Source of the DNA: a bacterium
GTDB taxonomy: Bacteria > SAR324 > XYD2-FULL-50-16 > G965216635
Length of the DNA stretch: 64,000 nucleotides
Reading direction: 5' to 3'
Assembly (NCBI GenBank): GCA_965216635.1
Contig: OZ244188.1
Location: 1,312,001 to 1,376,000, forward strand
In this document: one piece after another, positions 50,361 to 60,284 of the stretch
Numbering within the stretch: position 1 is the first letter of the stretch
Layout: every line of letters starts with the position of its first letter
Translations under genes and position numbers: made by a program
The notes under the pieces: model-generated
Databases searched by the model: none
What the model saw: the letters and a program-made list of their open reading frames with translations, nothing else
Told to the model about the DNA's origin: nothing

Positions 50361-50590
50361 TTGAAATTTACTTGTTAGTTTAGCAGAATCTATAAAGAAG
50401 AGTCAACTTGTGTTGTTCTGCAACTCTTATTTAAGATATTGAAATTTACTTATTAGTTTAGCAGAATCTATAAAAAATAGTCAACTTGTGTTGTTCTGCA
50501 ACTCTTATTTAAGATATCGAAATTTACTTGTTAGTTTAGCAGAATCTATAAAGAATAGTCAACTTGTGTTGTTCTGCAACTCTTATTTAA
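50361..50590 (-). promoter_or_regulatory. 78-bp x3 tandem repeat, each unit carrying a sigma70-like promoter facing cas13a
   Basis: Units at 50361, 50439, 50517; minus strand TTGACT-N18-TAAACT with TG extended -10. Confidence 0.7.
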
Positions 50591-50708
50591 TCTAAGGCTA
50601 TCTATTTTGTAAAAGGAAGAGAGTATACCTTAGCTTGCCTATCTCTATCAGGTAGAATACTGCTAATTTTAAAACCGTGACTTTGCTTTTTTGTTAAAAA
50701 TAGTAGAT

Positions 50709-50843
50709 TTATTGCCAATCTTTCACTATTATAATCTTGACTATATTGCCAATCTTTCACTATTATAGTATTATAATCTTGACTATTATTGCCAATCTCT
50801 CACTATTATAATCTTGACTATATTGCCAATATAGTATTATAAT
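50709..50843 (+). repeat. Imperfect ~34-44-bp tandem repeats with TTGACT and TATAAT hexamers
   Basis: TATTGCCAATCTTTCACTATTATAATCTTGACTA repeated ~3.5 times. Confidence 0.75.
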
Positions 50844-51015
50844 TGCTTATATCTTATAAATAAGTAGTATTTAAAAAGCAAATTATCTAGTGTAATAAAA
50901 CTATAATAGTTTGAAAGTTATACGTCAGTAGAAGTTGTAAAAACAATTCAAGCCTAAATTTATTTTTATAACTGAAGAATATCAAAGTTTCCATTTAATC
51001 CTTAAGTAAAACACT

Positions 51016-51540
51016 ATGAACACACAAGAAAAAGAAAAACTTCTTTTAGAATATAAAGAAAGTTTAAAAAGAAAAATTGAATTAAGATCTAGCGAGTTAG
51101 TCCCTAATGGAACTGTGGAACACGCAGCAGTTTTAATATCTACGCTTTTTTCTTATGCAAAAGATAAAATAGAGATATTTACTGGAAAACTGAATCCGTT
51201 GGTATATACCAATGGACAAATTATGGATAGTGCAGAAGAAGTTTTGAAAAACAAGAAAGTTAAAATGGAAATACTAATTCAAGAAAAAGATGATTCATTA
51301 CAAGAAAATAGTTTTTTGAATTTTTGTCAGAAAAACAAAAATTGTAAAATCAAAGAAGCAAGTGCAGAAGATAGAAGACGAATCAACCACTTTGTTGTTG
51401 TAGATAGTAAGGCTTTTCGCTTTGAGCCTGATAAAAACAGACCTTTAGCCGTAGGTTGTTTCTACCGCCCAGACTTTGCAAAACAACTTAACGATTTCTT
51501 TGCTGAAATGTTTCAAAGAGGAACGTCTTTAAAAGTGTAA
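51016..51540 (+). CDS. Hypothetical protein with PLD-nuclease-like pattern, divergent from cas13a
   Basis: AKDKIEIFTG.L...HFVVVD.KAFRFE...F...F resembles a single PLD half-domain with a non-canonical HKD motif. Confidence 0.55.
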   Translation: MNTQEKEKLLLEYKESLKRKIELRSSELVPNGTVEHAAVLISTLFSYAKDKIEIFTGKLNPLVYTNGQIMDSAEEVLKNKKVKMEILIQEKDDSLQENSFLNFCQKNKNCKIKEASAEDRRRINHFVVVDSKAFRFEPDKNRPLAVGCFYRPDFAKQLNDFFAEMFQRGTSLKV

Positions 51541-51578
51541 TAAAGACAGATTCTATGGAAGAGTTAAGTTATCTCATA

Positions 51579-51899
51579 AATTTTGCGTTATGCTTACCCC
51601 CACTATTGGGGCTAGCCATATGGTTAGAATAGGTGCGAAAAAAAAATTTAGCTCGTAGGAATGAGCGTAGAAGAAATTTCTTCACAAATGGCAAGAGTTA
51701 AAAAATTTTTTTTAATGGCGTAGTGCCACAATAATGGGATCAGGGCACTACAAACCCTGCATACTCCAAAAAAGGAGTGCAAAAGTGCCAAAAGGCACTT
51801 TTTCTATAGCCCACAAGTAGCCCATAAAAAGCGTCAAGCAAAAAGCTTGTTTTGGCTAAACAGCTAGTTTTGTCCTATTTGGCAAATTCAAAAGTCTAT
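51579..51899 (+). mobile_element. MITE-like long copy with variant interior; right end encodes the pseI C-terminus
   Basis: GGCTAGCCATATGGTTAGAATAGGTGCG, TTCTTCACAAATGGCAAGAG ... GGCAAATTCAAAAGTCTAT. Confidence 0.82.
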
Positions 51900-52931
51900 T
51901 ATATTTTTGTTTAATGGTTCTCCGTATTTTATATCCGTTTTTACCTTTTTACCAATGATTTCATCGTAGTATTTTGGACTTAAACCATTTGCGGGTCGTC
52001 TAATGAAGATATTATTTTTTGATAAAACATCTCCAGCTTTTAAATCTTTATTAACCCAGATTGAAGGTCTAAAAATCATAGAATTTTCTTCTTTTTCTGA
52101 CCTTTGATAAGATACGCTACCTTTTGCTTTATAAGCTTTTTTAGTTTCTTTCACTAAATTTTTTAGTTCTTCAGGCTCTATTGAAAAAGCTGAATCCACT
52201 CCACCATCACTACGTTTTAAGGTAAAGTGCTTTTCAATGACTGTAGCCCCATATCCTACGCTAGCAACGGCTACTCCAATACCTTGTGTATGATCGGAAA
52301 GTCCTACTTCGCAATCAAGAAATTTTTCTTGTAAATCTTTAATAGTAGTAAGATTTGCATCGCTAGCATCTGCGGGGTAATTGCTAGTGCATTTTAGTAA
52401 GGTGATATCGGCAGCTCCATTACTTTTTGCAGTATTATACGCTTCTTTGATTTCTGCTAAACTTGCCATACCAGTGGAAATGATCATTGGTTTTTTAGTT
52501 TGAGCTACTTTTTTAATAAGTGGTAAATGAATAATTTCAAAAGAGGCAATTTTATAGATAGGACAATGAATAGACTCTAAAAAATCAACCGCTGTTTCAT
52601 CAAACGGACTTGAAAAAGCTATAATGCCTAACTCTTTTGCTTTTTGAAAAATAGTTTCTTGCCACTCCCAAGGAGTATAGGCTTTCTCATAAAGCTCATA
52701 AAGATTTTTGCCATCCCAAAGATTGTTTTCATCGTTAATTCTAAAGTATTCATTATCAACATTTAAAGTGATGGTATCCGCACGATAGGTTTGCAATTTT
52801 ATAGCATCCGCTCCAGCCATTGCTGCAGCCTCCACTATATTTAAAGCACGTTCTAAACTTTTATTATGATTGCCCGACATCTCAGCTATTATGAAAGGAG
52901 GATTTAAATTTTTATCAAGAACTTGGGACAT
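51888..52931 (-). CDS. pseI: Pseudaminic acid synthase
   Basis: IAEMSGNHN, KLQTY, KIASFE, GLSDHT, IEKHFT; SAF domain. Confidence 0.92.
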   Translation of the reverse strand: MSQVLDKNLNPPFIIAEMSGNHNKSLERALNIVEAAAMAGADAIKLQTYRADTITLNVDNEYFRINDENNLWDGKNLYELYEKAYTPWEWQETIFQKAKELGIIAFSSPFDETAVDFLESIHCPIYKIASFEIIHLPLIKKVAQTKKPMIISTGMASLAEIKEAYNTAKSNGAADITLLKCTSNYPADASDANLTTIKDLQEKFLDCEVGLSDHTQGIGVAVASVGYGATVIEKHFTLKRSDGGVDSAFSIEPEELKNLVKETKKAYKAKGSVSYQRSEKEENSMIFRPSIWVNKDLKAGDVLSKNNIFIRRPANGLSPKYYDEIIGKKVKTDIKYGEPLNKNIIDF

Positions 52932-53075
52932 TTTAGATTTTTAGGTATGCACATATTTGTTTTTTATTTTTCATTATGAAAGCTACTTTTTTATAAAAAT
53001 TTAGGGTCTAGACAATTCAAATTTATTTAAATTTTCTATAACAGTTAAAATTATCAATTTGCTATATTTAATTCT

Positions 53076-53618
53076 TCAAGAAAACTTCTTTTCTACAATT
53101 CTTTTAAATTTTTTTTTGTTATTTTTCCATATATTTACCATTAGACTCATTGAGATAACTTTAATAACTTTTTTTTTTATCTTTTTTTTGAAAATCTTTA
53201 TTTTTTCAAAACCAAATTTATTATGTAAATTAATAACTTTCTCATTAAAACACATTACCTCACAATTTAATTTTACTAAATTCAATTGATTAAACGCATA
53301 TTCAATACTCAAATATTCCATGCCAACCCCAATGCCAGTAGAAGAATAATTATTATCTCCTAAATAAAAAGCCCAACTGGCTGTTTTATCTATATAATCT
53401 ATTTCTCTAAAACTTATTAATCCAACTACTTTTTTTTCAACAAAAACTAATAGATATTTTTTCGTTTTATCAGTTTTTATTTTATCAAACCATTTCTTTT
53501 GCTGTTCAGTTGAAATATAGTCATCGCTATACATATATTTAGCAACATGTTCAGAATTTCTCCAAACCCTAACTTGTTCTATATATTCTTCTGTTAATTC
53601 TGTAAGACTTACTTTCAT
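53076..53618 (-). CDS. pseH: UDP-4-amino-4,6-dideoxy-AltNAc N-acetyltransferase (GNAT)
   Basis: VRVWRN..VAKYM, WAFY, CEV..FN..VINLH.KFGF; cluster context. Confidence 0.85.
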   Translation of the reverse strand: MKVSLTELTEEYIEQVRVWRNSEHVAKYMYSDDYISTEQQKKWFDKIKTDKTKKYLLVFVEKKVVGLISFREIDYIDKTASWAFYLGDNNYSSTGIGVGMEYLSIEYAFNQLNLVKLNCEVMCFNEKVINLHNKFGFEKIKIFKKKIKKKVIKVISMSLMVNIWKNNKKKFKRIVEKKFS

Positions 53619-54682
53619 AAAATATTCTTTATTAATTCTTTAAATTTAGAAGGAAAATCTAACATCTTAAAATTAAAATTATTACAAACTTCTATCAAAC
53701 TAGCAGTGATTGTTTTCTGGGTTATATTTTGGCTATTCCCTAAATATTTTATCACTCCATAATTTTGCAAGGCTTGACATACTTTAGTTTGATTGTCAGC
53801 GAGTGAGATAACAATAGCGGGTAGGTTAAGATAGCATCTTTCCCATGTGGTAGAACCTCCCCCACCTATAGATAAATCTACCCCGTGCATAATTTTCGCC
53901 ATACTTTCAATATAAGCTTGATATTCAAATCCATTTTCTTTACAGATATTTTTTATTTGCATTTGATACTTATTTTTAGCACCGATGACTAGAATATTAA
54001 ATTTTATACTCAGTTTTTGTTCAGCCTCAAGAGAGGCATTGACGGCTTTCAAAGTTAAATTATCCGGGTCAATACCACCGAAAAAAATCAAAATATTTTT
54101 AACTTCTTTTCTTTTTCTTTTTTTTATTTGATAAAATTGCTCGCGCAAAATGGCATAGCTTGGTCCGAGAAATTTCTGACAATTTTGTGGAACTAAATTA
54201 TCATAACTACTTTGATAATCATAATATAGGTTTTGATTTATAATTATATCACAATCTAGTTTTCTATTGGCGAGGTCATCAATCACAATAATTTCAGCAA
54301 CATTCCCCCTAATACTCTTTTGCCAATTTTGGTTTATAGAATAATGGTCAATGATTAAAGTAATATTTTTGCCTAAACTTTCTAAAATTTCTTTTACTTG
54401 TTTTGCATCTTCTTTCCAATCTACTTCAAGCCAATCTTGGTATGAAAAAAATTTAGGAAATAAAATTTTTTTGCTGGGTTTAGGGAGTTGTTTGACTACA
54501 AAATTTTCTTTTTCAATCCTATCTATTATATTTCCTTCAAGGTCACGGCATATAAAAACTACTTCTGCTTTCTCTTTTCTTAATTTTTCAGCCAAAGTCA
54601 AACAGCGCATCACATGACCAGTAGCAATCTTAAACGAAGAATCTACCCGAAAAACTATTTTATTTTTAATTGTCGCAATCAC
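53615..54682 (-). CDS. pseG: UDP-2,4-diacetamido-trideoxy-altropyranose hydrolase
   Basis: FRVD.S..IATGHVMRCLTLA, IDHY, FFGG.D, GGSTTWER, ADNQ. Confidence 0.9.
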   Translation of the reverse strand: MIATIKNKIVFRVDSSFKIATGHVMRCLTLAEKLRKEKAEVVFICRDLEGNIIDRIEKENFVVKQLPKPSKKILFPKFFSYQDWLEVDWKEDAKQVKEILESLGKNITLIIDHYSINQNWQKSIRGNVAEIIVIDDLANRKLDCDIIINQNLYYDYQSSYDNLVPQNCQKFLGPSYAILREQFYQIKKRKRKEVKNILIFFGGIDPDNLTLKAVNASLEAEQKLSIKFNILVIGAKNKYQMQIKNICKENGFEYQAYIESMAKIMHGVDLSIGGGGSTTWERCYLNLPAIVISLADNQTKVCQALQNYGVIKYLGNSQNITQKTITASLIEVCNNFNFKMLDFPSKFKELIKNIL

Positions 54683-54712
54683 TAGAATGAAATAGAGATA
54701 TAACAGTTGCCT

Positions 54713-55888
54713 TTAGTTATTTTTATCAAAAAAAACATTCATAATTTTTACCACATAATTTTGTTCTTCTACTGTGAAGTCATAAAACATAGGCAAACTC
54801 ATTGTCCTTTCATAATAGTCTTCAGCATTGGGAAAATCGCCTTTTTTAAAACCTAATTTTTGATAAAATGGCTGAGTGTGGATTGGAATATAATGCACAT
54901 TTACTAAAATTTTATTTTGTCTTAAATGGTTGAATAATTTTTTGCGTAAATTTTGGTTATGCAAAGCAATCACATATAGATGAAAAGAGCTATATTGATT
55001 TGAATTTTGAAAAGGTAGATTTATTGGTAAGTTTTTTAGTAATTGATTGTATTTTTGTGCGATTTGATGTCTTTTTTTAATAAACAGATCTAATCTTTTG
55101 AGTTGTGAAGAACCGAGCGCAGCTTGAATATCTGTCATTCTATAATTGAAACCCAAATCAATCTGCTCGTAATACCAAGCATCTTTTTTGTTGCCCATCT
55201 GCTTTTTATCTCTAGTATTTCCGTGACTCCTCAATAAATTTAATTTGTGATCTATTTCTTTGTTGTTGGTTAAAGCTACCCCTCCCTCCGCAGTAGTAAT
55301 AACTTTGACTGGATGGAAACTAAAAACTGTAATATCACTGAATTTACAAGAACCAATTTTATGATTTAGATAAGATCCGCCAACAGCGTGAGAGGCATCT
55401 TCAATAATCTTAAAACCATACTCATCAGATAGTGCTTTGATTTTTTCCATATCGCAGGATTGACCTGAAAAATGCACTACGATAACTATCTTTGGTAATT
55501 TTCTCTGTTTTTTAGCTATTTTAAGTTTTTCTTCTAAAAGAACTGGGCAGATATTGTAAGTTTTTTCATCAATATCTACAAAATCAATTTTAGCACCGCA
55601 GTATAAAGCACAGTTACTGGAAGCTACAAAACTGTTAGGAGAAGTCCATGCTATGTCGTTTTTCGTTAAACCTAGTGCAAGACAAGAAATATGTAAGGCA
55701 GAAGTTGCACTATTGACCGCTGTGCAGTATTTGGCTTTAGTATAATTTGTAAGTTTATTTTCAAAATTTTCAATTTCTGGACCTTGGGTAATAAAATCAG
55801 ATTTGAGAACAGATATTACAGAGTTTATATCATCTTGATTGATATTTTGCTTTCCATAAGGTATAACGCGGGCAGTGTTTTTTTTCAT
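54713..55888 (-). CDS. pseC: PLP-dependent aminotransferase PseC
   Basis: IPYGKQ.I, NSATSALH, EDASHA, FSFHPVK.ITTAEGG. Confidence 0.92.
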   Translation of the reverse strand: MKKNTARVIPYGKQNINQDDINSVISVLKSDFITQGPEIENFENKLTNYTKAKYCTAVNSATSALHISCLALGLTKNDIAWTSPNSFVASSNCALYCGAKIDFVDIDEKTYNICPVLLEEKLKIAKKQRKLPKIVIVVHFSGQSCDMEKIKALSDEYGFKIIEDASHAVGGSYLNHKIGSCKFSDITVFSFHPVKVITTAEGGVALTNNKEIDHKLNLLRSHGNTRDKKQMGNKKDAWYYEQIDLGFNYRMTDIQAALGSSQLKRLDLFIKKRHQIAQKYNQLLKNLPINLPFQNSNQYSSFHLYVIALHNQNLRKKLFNHLRQNKILVNVHYIPIHTQPFYQKLGFKKGDFPNAEDYYERTMSLPMFYDFTVEEQNYVVKIMNVFFDKNN

Positions 55889-55914
55889 ATTCCAAGAATA
55901 AAGCTTTATAATTT

Positions 55915-56895
55915 TTAGGAATATTTATGGATAAAGTTTTTCATATCATCAATAGCTAACCAGTCATCGTTCAAATCGCTTCTATAAATAAAATTTTCTT
56001 TAACTAGCTTAGACTTTAAATCATCCTTGACCTCTGGTAAAATAACATAATATTTACCTATATCTATAGTGTTTCTAGCATCATCACCAGAAATCATCAT
56101 TTCGTGCAATTTTTCACCTGCTCTAATACCGATAACTTTATGCTCCAAATTTGGAGCTATAACTTTGGCTATATCCGTGACCTTAACCGATGGAATTTTT
56201 TTTACAAATAATTCCTCCCCTTCCATTAGATCGCAAACCTCTATCACCATATCGACAGCCTGCTCTAGTTCTATCCAAAATCTTGTCATCCTTGTATCAG
56301 TGATTGGAATGTATTTAGCTTTATTTCTGACGCAATCCATAAAAAATGGAATAATAGAACCACGACTTGCTGAAACATTACCATATCTAACTACAGAAAA
56401 AAGAGTTTCTGAAAAACCTGAATAAGAGTTGGCGGCAATGAATAGTTTATCAGAACACAATTTTGTAGCCCCATATAGGTTTACAGGAGCGCAGGCTTTA
56501 TCTGTGCTTAAGGCAACAACTTTTTTTACATTATTTTCTATAGCAGCAGTAACAATATTTTGTGCCCCTAAAATATTTGTATTAATAGCTTCAAATGGAT
56601 TATATTCACAAAGAGGGACCTGCTTTAAGGCGGCAGCGTGAACAATTATATCAATTCCTTTAAACGCCATTCTTAATCTTTCTAAATCACGAACATCGCC
56701 AATGAAATATCTTATTTTTTCTTCGTCTTTAAATTCAAACATATTTTGAATTGTAAAATGTTTAAACTCATCTCTAGAAAAAATGACAATTTTCTTTAAA
56801 TTAGGAAAATCTTTTAGTATTTTTTTCAAAAATGCTTTACCAAAAGAGCCTGTGCCACCTGTGATTAATACTGATTTTGCAGTGTTTAAATTCAT
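55915..56895 (-). CDS. pseB: UDP-GlcNAc 4,6-dehydratase (inverting)
   Basis: TGGTGSFG, HAAALKQVP, STDKA, YGATK, VRYGNV, MTRFWI. Confidence 0.93.
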   Translation of the reverse strand: MNLNTAKSVLITGGTGSFGKAFLKKILKDFPNLKKIVIFSRDEFKHFTIQNMFEFKDEEKIRYFIGDVRDLERLRMAFKGIDIIVHAAALKQVPLCEYNPFEAINTNILGAQNIVTAAIENNVKKVVALSTDKACAPVNLYGATKLCSDKLFIAANSYSGFSETLFSVVRYGNVSASRGSIIPFFMDCVRNKAKYIPITDTRMTRFWIELEQAVDMVIEVCDLMEGEELFVKKIPSVKVTDIAKVIAPNLEHKVIGIRAGEKLHEMMISGDDARNTIDIGKYYVILPEVKDDLKSKLVKENFIYRSDLNDDWLAIDDMKNFIHKYS

Positions 56896-56978
56896 TGAGT
56901 TGGATTAAAATTGTTAAATTTATTAATAGAACAAATAGTACAATAAAGATACAAAAGCAATAGCCTAGTATGCTAAAA

Positions 56979-57132
56979 TCTTCTTTAGAACATTTAGAAA
57001 CTACTATCAAAATAAACGAGAAATTCTAAACTCTTCTTTAGAACATTTAGAAACTACTATCAAAATAAACGAGAAATTCTAAACTCTTCTTTAGAACATT
57101 TAGAAACTACTATCAAAATAAACGAGAAATTC
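56979..57132. repeat. 53-bp x3 tandem repeat
   Basis: TCTTCTTTAGAACATTTAGAAACTACTATCAAAATAAACGAGAAATTCTAAAC at 56979, 57032, 57085. Confidence 0.92.
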
Positions 57133-57227
57133 AAAAAATAATTTGACTTTTGAGCTTTTTTGTTTTATCTAGTGATATTTTAACTATTCTAGTATAAAAA
57201 AAAATTTGGAGCAAACACACAGAAAAA

Positions 57228-57659
57228 ATGCCAAAAATAAACTACATAAAACTACAAAAATCTATTCATCGTCTGTTGGAACAATATGAAAACCATCTAG
57301 CTACAAAAGACGATTCTTCTTTAAAACAACTAGATAAAGATGCTATTCAAGAATCTGCGATTCAACGGTTTGAGGTGTGTTTTGATACAGCTTGGAAATC
57401 AATCAAAAAAGGGTTAGGAGAAAATATTGGCTTGCCTAAGAGTGAGATTCCGAGTGGTCCTAAGCCGCTTATTCGGTTGGCTTTTAAAAATGATTTAATT
57501 GTGAATATAGAAAGTTGGAACGAATATAACCAAGCTCGTATCAACACAAGCCATGATTATGCAGAAGAAAAAGCCCTTAGCACTATAAATGTAATATCTG
57601 ATTTTATAAAAGATGCAATAGAACTTTACGAACAACTTAGCGATGAAAAATGGAAGTAA
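57228..57659 (+). CDS. HI0074-family nucleotidyltransferase substrate-binding (HEPN) protein
   Basis: IQRFE...AWK, PK..IR.A, RINTSHDY. Confidence 0.88.
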   Translation: MPKINYIKLQKSIHRLLEQYENHLATKDDSSLKQLDKDAIQESAIQRFEVCFDTAWKSIKKGLGENIGLPKSEIPSGPKPLIRLAFKNDLIVNIESWNEYNQARINTSHDYAEEKALSTINVISDFIKDAIELYEQLSDEKWK

Positions 57660-57948
57660 AAATTTCGACTTGGATGCAAAACAATTCAAATTGTTAAAAA
57701 ATATTTTAAAAGAAAAAGTCCACTCTAAAACTGTTTGGGCTTATGGTTCTAGGGTGGATGGCACTTCTAATAAAAGATCAGATTTAGATTTAGTTGTTTT
57801 TGATATTACAACCAAAGAGTTTTTAGATTTAAAAGAAGTTTTAGAAGAAAGCGATTTACTTGTATCTGTGGATCTTTTCCAGTGGCAAAAAATCCCAGAT
57901 TATTTTAGAATAAATATTAAGCAACAGTATCTTGTTATCCAACAATAA
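57643..57948 (+). CDS. Minimal nucleotidyltransferase (MNT) antitoxin
   Basis: WAYGSRV.G....SDLDL ... VD; overlaps the HEPN gene. Confidence 0.88.
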   Translation: MKNGSKNFDLDAKQFKLLKNILKEKVHSKTVWAYGSRVDGTSNKRSDLDLVVFDITTKEFLDLKEVLEESDLLVSVDLFQWQKIPDYFRINIKQQYLVIQQ

Positions 57949-58007
57949 GACGAGGTTTTTTATTTTATCACTCAAAATTTGAGTGACCTGTTTTTTTACA
58001 AAGTAAC

Positions 58008-58157
58008 TAGACCTTTGAATTTGCGTTATGTGACGGCTAGGCATCGTTAAAAATTTACAAAAAATACTCACAGAGTGTATGCTCCGCTTTTTTGTAAATT
58101 TTATGCCTTGCCTAGCCCCAATAGTTAAATAAGCATCAGCGAAATTAAAAAGTCTAT
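58008..58157 (+). mobile_element. MITE-like copy forming one long hairpin, upstream of ftsH
   Basis: TAGACCTTTGAATTTGCG ... GCGAAATTAAAAAGTCTA; inner AAAATTTACAAAAAA / TTTTTTGTAAATTTT. Confidence 0.8.
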
Positions 58158-58252
58158 AAAAAAAATATTTTCTGTATAAAATGCTTTTCTTTTTTATAAA
58201 AGTATTGTATTATTCAATAATAAATTCTTAAATTTCACATAAACAGAACAAA

Positions 58253-60163
58253 ATGTCAGAACAGAAGAAAAATCAGCAGAAGAAAAAGGTATCTTCATCA
58301 GATAATCAAAAAAACGATCCTAAAGGGTATCCTCCAAAGAAAAATCCAAACAATCAGGCACCTCCTAAGAAAAACTATTCTATGTTATTCTTTTTGAGTT
58401 TAATACTGCTGGGTAGTTTCTTTTTTTATAATCTTTTCAATCAGACCAAACCGCAAGACCTTGTTATTTTTACCGATTTCACCAATCTAGTGGAATCTAG
58501 TGAAGTGGGTGAAGTGATTATTCAAGAAGAGCAAGCAAGATTCACCACCAACCAGAGCGAGAAAACTTTACGCACAATCATTCCTTTTTATTACAAAAAA
58601 GAATTAGGGAAGTATCTTTTTGAAAATGGAGTGAGATTTAAATATGCTGCTACTAGAGGGGGGAATCTATTTGTTAATATTTTAGCAACTTGGCTGCCGG
58701 TACTTTTGATTGTAGGAGTTTGGATTTTTATTTTTAAGCAAATGCAAGGAGGAAATAAACTCATTAATGTTGGACAGACGGCAATTACTGCGATTGATAG
58801 AAGTAAAATCACAACGACTTTTGAGGATGTGGTTGGAATTGAAGAAGCAAAAAACGAAGTATTAGATATAGTTCATTTTTTAAAGGATACCCAAAAATTT
58901 TTTGATATGGGTGGTAGGGTACCTACGGGTATTTTACTCTGTGGAAGTCCGGGCACAGGAAAAACGCTTTTAGCACGGGCAATAGCTGGAGAAGCTAATG
59001 CTAGTTTTTTTAGTGTTAGTGGTTCTAGTTTTGTAGAGATGTTTGTAGGTGTAGGTTCCAGTAGAGTCAGAGATTTGTTTAACAAAGCTAGAGCTAATAG
59101 ACCATCTATTATATTTATAGATGAGATTGATGCTATTGGAAGGCAAAGAGGATCAGGGCTTGGCGGAGGAAACGATGAAAGAGAGCAAACCCTAAATCAA
59201 TTACTCGTAGAAATGGATGGTTTTTCTAATCAAGAAGGTGTGATCGTGGTTGCAGCGACGAACAGACCCGATGTTTTAGACTCTGCTTTAACAAGACCAG
59301 GTCGTTTTGATCGTCAAGTGGTTGTGCCAATTCCAGATCTTGAAGGCAGAAAAAAAATACTCCAAGTTCATACTAAAGGGATCAAGGTAGCTAAAGATGT
59401 AAATTTAGACATAGTAGCCCAATCAACTACGGGAATGACGGGGGCGAGTCTTGCTAATCTTGCTAACGAAGCCGCTTTAATGGCTGGTAGGAGGAGAAAA
59501 AATTCTGTTGACCAAGAAGATTTTGAACTTGCTTTAGAGAAAATTATTATGGGACCTGCTAGAAAAAGTATGAAAATCACCGATGAAGAAAAGGAAATGA
59601 CAGCTATACACGAAGCAGGTCATGCTTTAGTTGCTGTGGCAAACAAATATGAAAATATTCTGCACAAGGTAACAATTGTACCTCATTCTCAAGCGCTGGG
59701 AGTGACTTTGTTTTTACCCAAAGAAGATCAAGTTTATGTTACTCGCAAACATTTATTAAAAAGTTTAGAAATGATGATGGGAGGTAGAGCTGCAGAAGAT
59801 GTGATTTACAAAAATTTTTCTACAGGTGCTAGCAATGATTTAGAAAGAGCCAGTCAACTTGCCTATCAAATGGTTTGCAACTGGGGAATGAGCAAAGATG
59901 TAGGACCCGTTTATCTAGCAGATGATAACGAGGATGTATTTTTGGGACAGCAGCTTTTTAAAAAGAAACTTATGGGACAAAAGACTGCGGTTATTGTAGA
60001 TACAGAAGTTCAAAATATTTTAAATAAGGCTTATAAAAACACGACAGCCATCTTAAAGAAAAACATCAAAACCCTCCGTCAAGTAGCTAAAAAATTGGTA
60101 GAAAAAGAAACCATAGATGGTGGTTGGGTGGCAGATGCTTTTAAAAAGAATCAAACTGCTTAG
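58253..60163 (+). CDS. ftsH: ATP-dependent zinc metalloprotease FtsH
   Basis: GSPGTGKT, DEIDA, RPGRFDR, HEAGH, GASND. Confidence 0.97.
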   Translation: MSEQKKNQQKKKVSSSDNQKNDPKGYPPKKNPNNQAPPKKNYSMLFFLSLILLGSFFFYNLFNQTKPQDLVIFTDFTNLVESSEVGEVIIQEEQARFTTNQSEKTLRTIIPFYYKKELGKYLFENGVRFKYAATRGGNLFVNILATWLPVLLIVGVWIFIFKQMQGGNKLINVGQTAITAIDRSKITTTFEDVVGIEEAKNEVLDIVHFLKDTQKFFDMGGRVPTGILLCGSPGTGKTLLARAIAGEANASFFSVSGSSFVEMFVGVGSSRVRDLFNKARANRPSIIFIDEIDAIGRQRGSGLGGGNDEREQTLNQLLVEMDGFSNQEGVIVVAATNRPDVLDSALTRPGRFDRQVVVPIPDLEGRKKILQVHTKGIKVAKDVNLDIVAQSTTGMTGASLANLANEAALMAGRRRKNSVDQEDFELALEKIIMGPARKSMKITDEEKEMTAIHEAGHALVAVANKYENILHKVTIVPHSQALGVTLFLPKEDQVYVTRKHLLKSLEMMMGGRAAEDVIYKNFSTGASNDLERASQLAYQMVCNWGMSKDVGPVYLADDNEDVFLGQQLFKKKLMGQKTAVIVDTEVQNILNKAYKNTTAILKKNIKTLRQVAKKLVEKETIDGGWVADAFKKNQTA

Positions 60164-60284
60164 TGTAATTGCTTAACTTCCCAAGGTCTTCTTAAAGTCA
60201 GCACTACTCTGAATGCCCCCCAAAATAAAACGAAAATGAACTAATCTTATTTTGGCAAAAACAACTCTTTAGATTTTTATGTAG

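Noticed and set aside
50361..57132. The 78-bp and 53-bp tandem repeats as additional CRISPR arrays
   Set aside because: Units are contiguous with no unique spacers.
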